Source: Hyphomicrobiales bacterium (GTDB taxonomy: Bacteria > Pseudomonadota > Alphaproteobacteria > Rhizobiales > JAJFHC01). From it: 64,000 nucleotides of DNA. The notes below the pieces were generated by a model that did no database searches, was not told the origin of the DNA, and worked only from the letters and a program-made list of their open reading frames with translations. Shown here in pieces: positions 8,634 through 18,922 of the stretch (position 1 is the first letter of the stretch; each line of letters starts with the position of its first letter). The position numbers and the translations under genes are program-made. Location: positions 742,742-806,741 of the forward strand of contig CBDAQD010000001.1 of assembly GCA_965198845.1 (NCBI GenBank), given 5' to 3'.

Positions 8634-9362
8634 ATGAAATTCAGTCACGCCATTGTCGAGAAGAATGCCACCCTGCTCATGGTTCTGAGCCTGGTCGTGG
8701 TGTCCATCGGAGGTATCGTCGAGATCGCACCGCTGTTCTACCTCCAGAACACGATCGAGAAGGTGCAGGGCATGCGGCCCTACACCCCCCTCGAGCTTGT
8801 CGGCCGTAACATCTACATCCGGGAAGGCTGCTACACCTGTCATTCCCAGATGATTCGTCCGTTCCGCGACGAGGTCGAACGCTACGGTCACTACAGCCTC
8901 GCTGCGGAGAGCATGTACGACCATCCGTTCCAGTGGGGATCGAAGCGCACCGGGCCGGATCTGGCCCGCGTCGGTAACCGCTATTCGGATGAATGGCACG
9001 TTCAGCATCTGATCAATCCTCGTGCCGTGGTGCCGGAATCGATCATGCCCGGCTACCCGTTCCTGGCCAGGACCGAGGTCCGCAAGGACGACATTGCCGA
9101 TCATCTCAAGGCCAACAAGGCGGTGGGTGTGCCCTACACCGACGAAATGATCGCCAACGCTCAGGCGGATCTGACGGCTCAGGCCAATCCGGACGCGGAC
9201 GGTGTGGACGATCTCGTGACCCGGTATCCGAAGGCTCAGGTCCGCGATTTCGACGGTGACCCGTCAAAGGTGACCGAGATGGATGCTCTGGTCGCCTATC
9301 TTCAGATGCTGGGTACGCTGGTCGATTTCTCGGCCTACAAGCCTGACGAAAACCTGCGCTAG
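8634..9362 (+). CDS. ccoO: cbb3-type cytochrome c oxidase subunit II (monoheme)
   Basis: 242 aa with an N-terminal TM segment and a single CYTCHS heme-c motif. Confidence 0.95.
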   Translation: MKFSHAIVEKNATLLMVLSLVVVSIGGIVEIAPLFYLQNTIEKVQGMRPYTPLELVGRNIYIREGCYTCHSQMIRPFRDEVERYGHYSLAAESMYDHPFQWGSKRTGPDLARVGNRYSDEWHVQHLINPRAVVPESIMPGYPFLARTEVRKDDIADHLKANKAVGVPYTDEMIANAQADLTAQANPDADGVDDLVTRYPKAQVRDFDGDPSKVTEMDALVAYLQMLGTLVDFSAYKPDENLR

Positions 9363-9369
9363 GAGGCGG

Positions 9370-9522
9370 ATGATGGAATACGAAAGCATGCGCCAGTTCG
9401 CCGATACCTGGGGTCTGGTCTTTCTCGTCGTTGTCTTTGTGATCGTTGTTGCCGCGACCTTCAGGCCCGGCGCCAAGAAAGTGCATGAGGAAAATGCGCG
9501 CATCCCGCTGAAAGAGGATTGA
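9370..9522 (+). CDS. ccoQ: cbb3-type cytochrome oxidase small subunit CcoQ
   Basis: About 50 aa single-TM peptide (MMEYESMRQFADTWGLVFLVVVFVIVVAATF...) between ccoO and ccoP. AGGAGG at 9361-9366. The start could be 9370 or 9373. Confidence 0.8.
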   Translation: MMEYESMRQFADTWGLVFLVVVFVIVVAATFRPGAKKVHEENARIPLKED

Positions 9523-9525
9523 GCC

Positions 9526-10404
9526 ATGAGCGAAAAGGATATTGATCAGTTCAGCGGTATCGAGACCACCGGCCACGAGTGGGACGGTATCAAGGAACTC
9601 AACAACCCGCTGCCGAGGTGGTGGTTGTGGACCTTCTATGCCACGGTCATATGGTCGATCGGTTATGTGATCCTTTACCCGGCAATTCCGCTGGTCACGG
9701 ACGCGACGAAAGGCGTGCTGGGCTATTCGAGCCGGGCTGAAGTCGCTCAGGAGATCGTAAAGGCCAAGGTGGCGCAGGCGGGAACGCTCGAAAAGATCGA
9801 GACCATGCCGCTTGAAGACATCCGCAAGGATGACAGCCTGTTGCAATTCGCTGTGGCGGGCGGTCGGTCTGCATTCCAGGTCAACTGCATCCAGTGCCAC
9901 GGAACCGGCGCTGCGGGCGGCAAGGGCTATCCGAATCTGAACGACGACGAATGGCTGTGGGGCGGGTCCCTTGAGGCTATTCGCTTGAGCATCGTGCACG
10001 GCATCCGCTTCGACGGCGATGACGACACCCGGTCGTCGGAAATGCCCGCGTTCGGCCGGGACGAACTCCTGACCGGCGAACAGATCAAGGATGTCACCGA
10101 GCACGTGCTTTCGCTTTCAGGCGGCGATCACGATGCCGCTGCCGCAGCACGCGGTGCGGAGCCTTATGCGGAGAACTGTGCGGCCTGCCATGGCGAAAAG
10201 GGCGAGGGCGACAGGGAGCAGGGTGCGCCTGCTCTCAACAACGCGATTTGGCTCTATGGCGGCGACCGGGATACGATTGTCGAGACGATCACCAATTCCA
10301 GAAAGGGCGTCATGCCGGCGTGGGGACACCGGCTGGATGAAACGACAATCAAGCAGCTGACGCTGTATGTGCATTCGCTTGGTGGGGGCGAGACGGCCGA
10401 GTAG
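9526..10404 (+). CDS. ccoP: cbb3-type cytochrome c oxidase subunit III (diheme)
   Basis: 292 aa with an N-terminal TM segment and two heme-c motifs, CIQCHG and CAACHG. Confidence 0.95.
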   Translation: MSEKDIDQFSGIETTGHEWDGIKELNNPLPRWWLWTFYATVIWSIGYVILYPAIPLVTDATKGVLGYSSRAEVAQEIVKAKVAQAGTLEKIETMPLEDIRKDDSLLQFAVAGGRSAFQVNCIQCHGTGAAGGKGYPNLNDDEWLWGGSLEAIRLSIVHGIRFDGDDDTRSSEMPAFGRDELLTGEQIKDVTEHVLSLSGGDHDAAAAARGAEPYAENCAACHGEKGEGDREQGAPALNNAIWLYGGDRDTIVETITNSRKGVMPAWGHRLDETTIKQLTLYVHSLGGGETAE

Positions 10405-10427
10405 GTACCCCTTAGCGGAGTGTGTCG

Positions 10428-11918
10428 ATGACAACCGTGTTTGACAGTGTCGACCGCATTGACGTTGAAGCGGTCAACAAAAAGGAGAAGCGCCAGCTTT
10501 ACGCCGCCCGGCAGAAGATCTTCCCGAAACGGGTGACCGGTACCTTCCGGTCACTCAAGTGGTGGGTCATGCTGGTGACGCTCGGCATCTACTATGTCAC
10601 GCCGTGGTTGCGCTGGGATCGGGGGCCGCACGCCCCCGATCAGGCGGTTCTGGTCGACCTGCCGGGCCGGCGGTTCTATTTCTTCTTCATCGAGATCTGG
10701 CCGCACGAATTCTATTACATCGCCGGTTTGCTCATCATGGCCGGCGTCGGCCTGTTCCTGGTCACCTCTACGGTGGGCAGAGCGTGGTGCGGCTATACCT
10801 GCCCGCAGACAGTGTGGGTTGATCTGTTCATTGGTGTAGAGCGCTTTATCGAAGGTGACCGCAATGCCCGGATCAAGCTCGACAAGGGTCCATGGACAGC
10901 GGACAAGATCACCAAACGGCTCAGCAAGCATGCAATCTGGGTTGTCATCGCCATGGCAACGGGTGGGGCATGGATCTTCTATTTCGCTGATGCGCCTACG
11001 CTGGCCTGGAATTTCATCACCTTCGATGCCCCGATGGTGGCTTATACGACCGTCGGTATCCTGACCGCCACGACCTATGTCTTTGCCGGGTTCATGCGTG
11101 AACAGGTCTGCACCTATATGTGCCCGTGGCCGCGAATCCAGGCCGCCATGCTCGACGAGGACTCGCTCACGGTGACCTACAATGCCTGGCGCGGCGAGCC
11201 CAGGACGCGTCACCGCAAGCGGCAGATCGAGGCCGGCGAAACGGTGGGTGATTGCGTGGACTGCAATGCCTGCGTGGCGGTCTGTCCTCAGGGCATCGAC
11301 ATCCGTGACGGCCAGCAGCTCGAATGCATCACGTGCGCGCTGTGCATCGATGCCTGCAACAACGTGATGGAGAAGGTGGGTCTCGACCGGGGCCTCATTT
11401 CGTACTCGACCCTCCGTGATTACGCGGCCAATGAATCCGGTGTCGATGCGCCGACAACCTGGCGCTCCTTCATTCGGCCACGGACGGCCATCTATGCGGG
11501 TCTGTGGTCGCTGATCGGATTGGCGATGCTGGTGGTGCTCCTGACGCGCGACCGGCTCGACCTGACCGTTCTTCATGACCGCAATCCGGTTTTCGTAAAG
11601 CTCGCTGATGGTTCGATCCGCAACGGCTATACCATCAGAATTCTCAATATGAAGGCCGAGCCTCGGGACTTCCGCCTCGATCTGAAGGATCTGACCGGCG
11701 CCACGATGACCATGGCCGGCTCGGATGCGGCTCCGGCCAGCTCGATTACGGTTTCGGTGAAGCCGGATGATCTCAAGACCATGAAGATCTACGTCCGCGC
11801 CGATCCGAAGTCGATTTCCGGCAACTCTGCAGACTTCAGCTTCGAGGTCAACGAAGTGGGCGGCTCGGAGACCGCCAGCACGGACGCCAAATTTGAAACG
11901 CCGGGAGAGGGCTCATGA
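10428..11918 (+). CDS. ccoG: cbb3 oxidase accessory protein CcoG/FixG (membrane 4Fe-4S ferredoxin)
   Basis: Ferredoxin motifs CVDCNACVAVCP and CITCALCIDAC plus TM segments. ATG at 10428 has GGAG 7 nt upstream; the tracked ORF begins at GTG 10422. Confidence 0.92.
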   Translation: MTTVFDSVDRIDVEAVNKKEKRQLYAARQKIFPKRVTGTFRSLKWWVMLVTLGIYYVTPWLRWDRGPHAPDQAVLVDLPGRRFYFFFIEIWPHEFYYIAGLLIMAGVGLFLVTSTVGRAWCGYTCPQTVWVDLFIGVERFIEGDRNARIKLDKGPWTADKITKRLSKHAIWVVIAMATGGAWIFYFADAPTLAWNFITFDAPMVAYTTVGILTATTYVFAGFMREQVCTYMCPWPRIQAAMLDEDSLTVTYNAWRGEPRTRHRKRQIEAGETVGDCVDCNACVAVCPQGIDIRDGQQLECITCALCIDACNNVMEKVGLDRGLISYSTLRDYAANESGVDAPTTWRSFIRPRTAIYAGLWSLIGLAMLVVLLTRDRLDLTVLHDRNPVFVKLADGSIRNGYTIRILNMKAEPRDFRLDLKDLTGATMTMAGSDAAPASSITVSVKPDDLKTMKIYVRADPKSISGNSADFSFEVNEVGGSETASTDAKFETPGEGS

Positions 11919-12409
11919 GCGGACAACGAGCGAAAAGTCAGGAGTGGCAGTTCACCGGAACCCATATGCTGGTCACCATCCTGAGCTTCTTCGGTGTCAT
12001 TATCGCGGTCAATCTGACGCTCGCCTATTTCGCGTCGGGCACCTGGACCGGGCTTGTGGTGAAGAACAGCTATGTGGCGAGTCAGCAATACAACGAAAAG
12101 CTGGCGGAAGTCCGCCGCCAGCATGACACCGGCTGGTCGAGCCAGTTCGATTACAGCGGAGAGAAGGCGCAATTTGCGCTGCTCACGCGCGATGGCGCTA
12201 CGTTGCGCGGGTTTGACGTGAAGGCCCTTTTCAGCCGTCCGACGCATGAGAACGAGGACCTTGAACTGGTCATGACCGAGGCCGCCAACGGCTATGAAAC
12301 GCCTGTGAAACTTGCCCCGGGCGTGTGGAATGTCGAGGTTACGGCGATGGGCGCCGATGATCGAGGTTATCGCAAGATTTTCCGTCTGTTCGTGAAGCAG
12401 GACGGCTAG
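11915..12409 (+). CDS. ccoH: cbb3 oxidase assembly protein CcoH/FixH
   Basis: 164 aa with one N-terminal TM segment. The start overlaps the ccoG stop (ATGA). Position in the ccoGHIS order supports the call. Confidence 0.85.
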   Translation: MSGQRAKSQEWQFTGTHMLVTILSFFGVIIAVNLTLAYFASGTWTGLVVKNSYVASQQYNEKLAEVRRQHDTGWSSQFDYSGEKAQFALLTRDGATLRGFDVKALFSRPTHENEDLELVMTEAANGYETPVKLAPGVWNVEVTAMGADDRGYRKIFRLFVKQDG

Positions 12410-12414
12410 TCTCC

Positions 12415-14700
12415 ATGACCGCTGCAACGGCCACAGAAGCGAGTTCGGAACGGGCGGTGCGTTTATCCGCCGGCCAGCCCGGACACGTCGATCTGGTCGT
12501 GCCGGGCCTCCGTTGTGCTGGCTGCATAGCCAAAGTGGAAGGTGCGCTCAACGGCCATCCGGCGGTTACCGCGGCCCGCGTGAATCTGTCGACCAGGCGG
12601 GTGGCGATCGACTGGGATGCAGACGCAGCAACGCCCGAGGACATCGTCGGTGTCGTTGAAGGCCTTGGCTACGATGCGCGGCCGTTCGATGCCAAGGCAT
12701 TGAAAGAAGACGCGGATCCAGAGGGACGTTTCCTGATCCGTTCGTTAGCTGTGGCCGGATTCGCAGCCGGTAACGTCATGCTACTTTCCGTTTCGGTCTG
12801 GTCAGGCGCGGATCAGGCGACAAGAGACCTGTTCCACTGGCTTTCCGCACTGATTGCACTGCCGGCTGTCGCCTATGCCGGAAGACCGTTCTTCCGGTCA
12901 GCGTTCAGAGCCCTCAAGGCCGGTCATCTCAACATGGACGTGCCGATCTCGCTGGCGGTCGTGCTTGCGGCGGGCATGAGCCTGTTCGAGACCATCGGGC
13001 ATGGTGAGGACGCCTATTTTGACGCCTCGGTCACGTTGTTGTTTTTCCTGCTTTCCGGGCGGGTTCTTGATCACATGATGAGAGCCCGGGCCCGTTCCGC
13101 CGTGACCCAGTTGCTGGCTTTGTCATCATCCAGTGCGGAGGTCGTGCACGAGTCCGGTGAAACCGAGATCGTGAGCATTGACCGCATTGAGCCGGGGATG
13201 ACGGTTCTCGTCGCTGCCGGTGAACGCGTGCCGACCGATGGTGTAATTGTCGATGGAGCCAGCGAGGCTGATTTTTCGCTGGTGACGGGAGAGACCGTTC
13301 CGGAGCGCCTCGTCGACGGGACAAAGGTGCTCGCCGGCGTGCTGAACCTGAGTGCACCCGTCCGGGTGCAGGTTACGGCGACGGGGGAGGATACATTTCT
13401 TGCCGACGTCGTGCGCCTGATGGAGGCAGCGGAAGCCGGCAAGGCGCGTTACATGCGTCTGGCGGACAGGGCGGCGCGCATCTATGCGCCGGTGGTCCAT
13501 ATCGTAGCCGCGCTGGCATTTGTCGGCTGGATGTTTTGGACAGGCGGTGACTGGCGCGTCTCGGCGATTACCGCGATTGCCGTGTTGATCATCACGTGTC
13601 CCTGCGCGCTCGGGTTGGCGGTCCCCGCAGTTCAGGTTGTAGCAAACGGGGTTCTGTTCCGGCGCGGCATCCTGGTGAAGGACGCAACGGCGCTCGAACG
13701 CCTGGCGCTGGCGGACACGTTCGTGTTCGACAAGACCGGGACGCTGACCCGCGGCGAAGCCCGTATGATAGACGCCGATACTGCGGATATGGACGCGCTG
13801 GCGGTTGCGGCGGGGCTTGCGCGCGAAAGCCGGCATCCCCTGTCACGCGCTCTGGTCCATGCGGCGGCTGAGCTGGGCGTGACAGTCGCCGATGTTGAAA
13901 ACGTGACCGAGCATCCCGGCTTTGGTCTTGAGGGGCAATATGGCGGCAATGCCGTGCGTCTGGGCAGCCTTGACTGGTGCGGGTACGGCGGTTCCGAAGC
14001 ACGGGATGGAGAAGATGATGCGACACTGGCGCTGTGTCTGAGGCTTGGCGAAGACGCCCCTGTACGGTTCAGCTTTGAAGACAGCCTGAAGACAGATGCC
14101 GCGGATACAATCAATCAACTGTTCGGACAGAAGCGCAGTGTAGCGATCCTGTCAGGCGACCGTCCGGCCGTGGTGGCCAAGGTTGCCGCTGAACTGAAGG
14201 TCGACGATTTCATCGCGTCCGCCAAACCCGGTGACAAGGTCAGCCATATAGAAAGCCTGCGGGCCGACGGCCGCAATGTTGCGATGATCGGCGATGGCAT
14301 AAACGATGCGCCGGCTCTCGCGGCAGGGCAGGTTTCGATGGCGCCGGCCAGCGCATCCGATGTCGGTCGCGCTGCCGCCGATTACGTCTTTCTCGGTGAT
14401 CGCCTGGATCCGGTACACACCGCATTCAAAGTGGCCAAGGCCGCTCGCCGGGTGATCCTGCAGAATTTCGGAATCGCGCTGGTCTACAACCTCATAGCCG
14501 TGCCGGTCGCTGTACTGGGGTTTGCTTCTCCGCTGGTGGCGGCAATCGCCATGTCACTGTCCTCGATCGTGGTCATCGCGAATGCCTTGAGACTTCGGCT
14601 CATGTTTCCGGAAACCGGCAGGGCGGCAAGAGCCGAACCGCAAGCTGCTGGCGGCAATGGGATGACCGCACCGGCGGTTCCACTGGAGCGTACGACATGA
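12415..14700 (+). CDS. ccoI: Copper-translocating P1B-type ATPase CcoI/FixI
   Basis: 761 aa. HMA motif GLRCAGC, transmembrane CPC (ITCPCALG), DKTGTLT phosphorylation site and GDGINDAP hinge. Confidence 0.95.
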   Translation: MTAATATEASSERAVRLSAGQPGHVDLVVPGLRCAGCIAKVEGALNGHPAVTAARVNLSTRRVAIDWDADAATPEDIVGVVEGLGYDARPFDAKALKEDADPEGRFLIRSLAVAGFAAGNVMLLSVSVWSGADQATRDLFHWLSALIALPAVAYAGRPFFRSAFRALKAGHLNMDVPISLAVVLAAGMSLFETIGHGEDAYFDASVTLLFFLLSGRVLDHMMRARARSAVTQLLALSSSSAEVVHESGETEIVSIDRIEPGMTVLVAAGERVPTDGVIVDGASEADFSLVTGETVPERLVDGTKVLAGVLNLSAPVRVQVTATGEDTFLADVVRLMEAAEAGKARYMRLADRAARIYAPVVHIVAALAFVGWMFWTGGDWRVSAITAIAVLIITCPCALGLAVPAVQVVANGVLFRRGILVKDATALERLALADTFVFDKTGTLTRGEARMIDADTADMDALAVAAGLARESRHPLSRALVHAAAELGVTVADVENVTEHPGFGLEGQYGGNAVRLGSLDWCGYGGSEARDGEDDATLALCLRLGEDAPVRFSFEDSLKTDAADTINQLFGQKRSVAILSGDRPAVVAKVAAELKVDDFIASAKPGDKVSHIESLRADGRNVAMIGDGINDAPALAAGQVSMAPASASDVGRAAADYVFLGDRLDPVHTAFKVAKAARRVILQNFGIALVYNLIAVPVAVLGFASPLVAAIAMSLSSIVVIANALRLRLMFPETGRAARAEPQAAGGNGMTAPAVPLERTT

Positions 14701-14852
14701 CGGCGCTGCTCTATCTCATTCCGGTGGCCCTGTTCCTTGGCCTGCTCGGCCTCGGCGCGTTCGTCTGGGCGCTGCGGTCCGGGCAATTCGATGATCTTGA
14801 AGGTGCGGCGCACCGGATTCTGATCGACGACGAGGAACCCCGAAAGGACTGA
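14697..14852 (+). CDS. ccoS: cbb3 oxidase maturation protein CcoS/FixS (51 aa; absent from the ORF track)
   Basis: My translation: MTALLYLIPVALFLGLLGLGAFVWALRSGQFDDLEGAAHRILIDDEEPRKD*. ATG at 14697 overlaps the ccoI stop (ATGA). Single TM followed by the W..R.GQFDDLE motif typical of CcoS. Confidence 0.85.
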   Translation: MTALLYLIPVALFLGLLGLGAFVWALRSGQFDDLEGAAHRILIDDEEPRKD

Positions 14853-14858
14853 GCCGGA

Positions 14859-15692
14859 TCAGGTTTTCCTGATTGCGATCATCTCGACCGGCGCGATACG
14901 GCCGGCGGAGATATTCTCGACCATGTTCTTCATCTTTTCCGCGCGGTCTTCGCCGAACAGGATGTGCAGGCCGAGTGGTGGAGGGCCTTCGGCGGCCGCT
15001 GCCTTCGCTCGCATGTCGGCAAAGAAGGCGAGGGCAAAGTCCCGTCGGTTGCGTTCCGCCATGATATCGAAACCTGCGACCTGAAGTGCTGTCCGGTATT
15101 CGTCCGGCGAGGCCAGCGCGCTGGTGTCGGGCGTGGTTGCCCAGGGGACTGGAAATGTCAGGTCGCCGTCGGCCGTCTGCATCACGTCATACACGCCGAA
15201 CGTTGCGCCGGGGCGGAGGACTCGGGCGACTTCCGTAAACAGTTCCGCCTTCGCCGGAATATTCATGCCGACATGCATCATGAAGGCCCTGTCGAACCGG
15301 TCGGCCTCAAACGGCATGTCGAGAGCGCTGCCCTGGTGCAGGGAGATCCTGTCCGACAAACCGACCCACTCGCACATGGCTTTGCCGGTTGCGACAAACT
15401 CCGGTGTCAGATCGATGCCGGTTACACGGCTGCCGAAGCGCGACGCGACGAACCGGCTGGCGCCGCCGAGGCCGCTGCCGACATCCAGGATGTGGTGCTC
15501 CGGGCTCAGTCCGAGTTGATCCAGGAAGTCTTCCGATGCCTGCCTGCCACCGATGTGGAATTCGTCGGCCGGGGCCAGATCATCGACCGTGACGGTCTCC
15601 GTGGATTTTCCGAGTGCCTCGATTCCGGTCTGGATGGCCTGCTCCAGGGCCCCGTGGGTGTAGTGATCAGCAACCTTTTCACCGTCTGACAT
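14859..15692 (-). CDS. Class I SAM-dependent methyltransferase
   Basis: 277 aa with SAM-binding motif I ILDVGSGLGGASRF. Confidence 0.85.
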   Translation of the reverse strand: MSDGEKVADHYTHGALEQAIQTGIEALGKSTETVTVDDLAPADEFHIGGRQASEDFLDQLGLSPEHHILDVGSGLGGASRFVASRFGSRVTGIDLTPEFVATGKAMCEWVGLSDRISLHQGSALDMPFEADRFDRAFMMHVGMNIPAKAELFTEVARVLRPGATFGVYDVMQTADGDLTFPVPWATTPDTSALASPDEYRTALQVAGFDIMAERNRRDFALAFFADMRAKAAAAEGPPPLGLHILFGEDRAEKMKNMVENISAGRIAPVEMIAIRKT

Positions 15693-15841
15693 GGTGTTTT
15701 CTTCCGCAGAATCTGTGACCAGATTATCTCGTCAGCCCCGAAAATGCATGATGTAGGCCGCCTGGGCTTGAATTGCCCCCTGCGTCGTGAACAATCGGCG
15801 CCGTAAGTGAAGTTTCATTTCAGGGGGAGGACAACGGCGGC

Positions 15842-16681
15842 ATGGCGTGGCGAACGGTGCGGGTTTTTGTGTTTGTCGTGGCCGGTCTTGTCCTCTTCTG
15901 CGGTTTGGACATGGCCGCGAGCGCCCAATCGCCGGTACCGAAACCGCGGGGCAAGCCGGACACCTTCGTCAAGTCGCCGGATGCTCCGCAACCGCCGGCG
16001 GCTCCGGTCGAGAAGCCTAAAGCAGTGCAGACTCCGGCCAAACAGGGGCCGGTGAGCAAGAAGCCGGTGGTGCGCGAAGCCGACGAGGCCGCAGCGCCGG
16101 AAGCCGCGGAGCAGCGAACGAAGCTCCAGCAATGCGTGGCGTCCCTCAAAGGGCTCGGCGCCACGGTGAAGGTGGAGGCACCGTTCGAAACCGAGGGCGG
16201 TTGCGGGATTGAGGATCCGGTCGCCCTGACCACCTTGCAGGTGGCGGGGAGCAAGGTGACGCTTTCGGGCTCGCCGAAACTCAGCTGCCGTTTCGCTCTC
16301 AAGTTCGTTGACTGGACGGTGAACGTGGTGGCTCCGGTCGCGCGCTTTCATCTGGGATCGGACGTGCGCACGCTGCTGACCGGGCCGGGCTATGTCTGCC
16401 GCCGGCGCAACAATTCTGCCAAGGGCAAGCTGTCGGAACACGCCTTCGGCAATGCGATTGACATCACGGGACTAAGGTTGAAAGGCGGGGAACGGGTCAT
16501 GATCGCCGGGCTGAAGAACGCGTCCGGTTCCGTGAAGCGATTTGTCGGCGCCATGCGGGTGTCCGGCTGCGGCTATTTCACAACCGTGCTCGGTCCGGGC
16601 GCAGACGCCGCCCATGATGACCACATCCACTTTGACCTCGGCCGTCACGGCCGCACCGACCGATACAGGATCTGCCAGTAA
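15842..16681 (+). CDS. Extensin-like C-terminal domain protein (secreted, Pro-rich N-terminal region)
   Basis: Signal peptide and P/K/A-rich linker. Conserved C-terminal block CGIEDP...SEHAFGNAIDI...HDDHIHFDLG. Confidence 0.8.
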   Translation: MAWRTVRVFVFVVAGLVLFCGLDMAASAQSPVPKPRGKPDTFVKSPDAPQPPAAPVEKPKAVQTPAKQGPVSKKPVVREADEAAAPEAAEQRTKLQQCVASLKGLGATVKVEAPFETEGGCGIEDPVALTTLQVAGSKVTLSGSPKLSCRFALKFVDWTVNVVAPVARFHLGSDVRTLLTGPGYVCRRRNNSAKGKLSEHAFGNAIDITGLRLKGGERVMIAGLKNASGSVKRFVGAMRVSGCGYFTTVLGPGADAAHDDHIHFDLGRHGRTDRYRICQ

Positions 16682-16693
16682 TTGCCGGCGATT

Positions 16694-17794
16694 TCAGGCG
16701 GCCTTGCTGATCTCCCGGTCGGCGGCGAAGTTGCGGCCGAACCGGTTGGCAAGGAACGACTCCAGTGCGATGTCCTCCTGCCGCACGAAGCCGCGACCGG
16801 CGATTAGGCCGTCATTCAGCAGATCAAGCACGGCGCAGATGCCGGACGCTGTCGTGATCTGGATGGCGCTGCGCATGATCCCTTCGATCTCCCGGCTGTA
16901 GACCTTGTTCGCGTAGGACTCCTGGACAAAGCGCCCGCCGCGCGTGCCGCTGACGGTCACGAAGACCAGGACCACGTCCTGATCGGTCGCCGGTACGGCG
17001 TGCTCGAGAATGTCCTTCAGGATATGCCGGCGGTCGGCCAGCCGGAGATCGTGCACAAGCGCCTTCATGATGCTGCGGTGGCCGGGATAGCGGATGGTGC
17101 GGTAGTTCATGTTGCGCACCTTGCCGGCGTAGGTCTCGCACAGCGTGCCGAGGCCGCCCGACGTGTTGAAGGCCTCGTAGCGGATGCCGTCGAGCGAGAA
17201 CTCCTCCAGCCCCTCCAGGGCGCGGACCTCGCGCAGGTCTCCGTCGACGATCGCCTCGCAGGGTTCGCAATATTCATTGATGACGCCGTCGGTGCTCCAG
17301 GTCAGGTTGTAGTTCAGGGCATTGGACGGAAAAACCGGCAGTGCGCCGACCCTCATGCGCACGGTATCCAGCTGGTCGAACCCCTGCGCAAGGGCATTGG
17401 TCACGATCGATATGAAACCGGGCGCCAGGCCGCACTGAGGAACGAACGCAGTCTGGCTGTCGCGGGCCATGTCTTTCACGGCGCGGGTGCTGGCGACGTC
17501 TTCCGTGAGGTCGAGATAGTGGCTCCCGGCGGCTTTCGCGGCGCCCGCAATTTGCGCAGTGAGATGGAAGGGCAGGGCATTCAGCACGGCGAAGGAACCG
17601 TCCATCGCCCGGCTCAGGGCAGCGGCATCCGTGACGTCGACAGATGCGGCCCGGGTGTTCGGGTGATGCGCCAGAGCCTCGAGCTGGGCCTCGGACCTGT
17701 CGATGACAGTGATGCGGTAATCGCCCGTACCGGAGAGCAGGGCAGTGATCATTTCGCCGATTTTTCCGGCACCAACGAGCGTGACGTTGCGCAT
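16694..17794 (-). CDS. Saccharopine dehydrogenase family NAD(P)-binding oxidoreductase
   Basis: 366 aa. Rossmann motif VTLVGAGKIGEMI. Overall similarity pattern matches saccharopine/lysine dehydrogenase-like enzymes. Confidence 0.75.
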   Translation of the reverse strand: MRNVTLVGAGKIGEMITALLSGTGDYRITVIDRSEAQLEALAHHPNTRAASVDVTDAAALSRAMDGSFAVLNALPFHLTAQIAGAAKAAGSHYLDLTEDVASTRAVKDMARDSQTAFVPQCGLAPGFISIVTNALAQGFDQLDTVRMRVGALPVFPSNALNYNLTWSTDGVINEYCEPCEAIVDGDLREVRALEGLEEFSLDGIRYEAFNTSGGLGTLCETYAGKVRNMNYRTIRYPGHRSIMKALVHDLRLADRRHILKDILEHAVPATDQDVVLVFVTVSGTRGGRFVQESYANKVYSREIEGIMRSAIQITTASGICAVLDLLNDGLIAGRGFVRQEDIALESFLANRFGRNFAADREISKAA

Positions 17795-17914
17795 ATCCGA
17801 ACTCCAGAAGAATCACCTGTTCGTTCAATATGCTCGAGTTTTTGGCCAATTTGTATATGCTGATTGACCAATATGCTTCATAATACTTGTCAGGTTGATC
17901 GATAATTCGGCGAT

Positions 17915-18346
17915 TTGATCATGGATGACACCGACAGAGCCCTGATCCGCCTGCTGCGGGAGGACGCCCGGCAACCGACTGCCGTGCTTGCGCGGCGCCT
18001 CGGTGTCGCACGGGCGACGGTGCAGGCCCGTCTGCGCCGGCTCGAGGACAGCGGCACGATCAGGGGCTATACGGTGCGGCTTTCGGATGACATCGCCCGG
18101 CGGCGGATTCGCGCCCATGTGATGGTCAATGTGACGTCGGGCTCGGCGGTCGCGGTCGAGCATGCCTTGCGTGCCCTGCCGGAAGTCACCGGTCTCTACG
18201 CGATCAGCGGTGTCTACGATCTGATCGCCATCGTGGCGACGGAAACCACCGAGGCCATGAACAGGCTGCTGGACAGGATCGGTGCGCTTGAGGGTGTCGA
18301 GGGAACGATGAGTTCAATCGTGCTGGCGGCCAAGGTCGAACGGTAA
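17915..18346 (+). CDS. Lrp/AsnC family transcriptional regulator
   Basis: 143 aa. N-terminal HTH (DDTDRALIRLLREDARQPTAVLARRLGVARATVQARLRRLE) plus a RAM/ACT-like C-terminal domain. Confidence 0.9.
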   Translation: MIMDDTDRALIRLLREDARQPTAVLARRLGVARATVQARLRRLEDSGTIRGYTVRLSDDIARRRIRAHVMVNVTSGSAVAVEHALRALPEVTGLYAISGVYDLIAIVATETTEAMNRLLDRIGALEGVEGTMSSIVLAAKVER

Positions 18347-18348
18347 CT

Positions 18349-18795
18349 TTAGTTGCCGGAGTAGGCCAGGACGGGCTGACCGCGCCGGATCCAGCCCGGT
18401 CCCCGGTGGTTGCCCAGCATGCCTTCACTGACATCGATCACATTGGTGAAACCGTGCTTGGCAAGAAAGCGTCGTGCCATGGCCGAGCGGCCGCCAATGG
18501 CGCATATGAGCGCGATCGGCTTGCTCTTGTCGCCGCCGGTGACCTTGAGTACGGCCGCCAGGAAATCGCGGCGATGCACGGTAACCATCTTGGCGCCGGC
18601 GGGCACGCCGGTCTCCTTCCACTCGCCGGGCGAGCGGATATCGAGCAGGATGATTTCGCCCTTCGCCAGCATGGCCTGGGCATCGGTTGCGGAAATGATG
18701 CCCGGCGGAAGCTGGTCGGCCCTGGCATGACCAGGGGCAAAGCCAAATGCATGGCTCGCAACAACGAGAAGCACCAGTAACATCCGCATAATCAT
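18349..18795 (-). CDS. Rhodanese-like domain protein (periplasmic)
   Basis: 148 aa with a signal peptide and active-site loop ICAIGGRSAMA. Confidence 0.8.
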   Translation of the reverse strand: MIMRMLLVLLVVASHAFGFAPGHARADQLPPGIISATDAQAMLAKGEIILLDIRSPGEWKETGVPAGAKMVTVHRRDFLAAVLKVTGGDKSKPIALICAIGGRSAMARRFLAKHGFTNVIDVSEGMLGNHRGPGWIRRGQPVLAYSGN

Positions 18796-18922
18796 CGATT
18801 CCCATCTGCCCGCAGGAGGTGGCGTAATTCTAACAAGCGTCCAACCGGGCCGCGATGGTCAGGATCATCACCATCGCTCACATTTGCGCTATCGGAAGGA
18901 CCCGCCTGACAGCCGATTCCGC

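Noticed and set aside
6853-8634. 316-aa and 248-aa minus-strand ORFs (6853-7803 and 7888-8634)
   Set aside because: Both are antisense to ccoN. They are R/D/H-rich shadow ORFs.
10551-11576. 341-aa minus-strand ORF
   Set aside because: It is antisense to ccoG. It is a shadow ORF.
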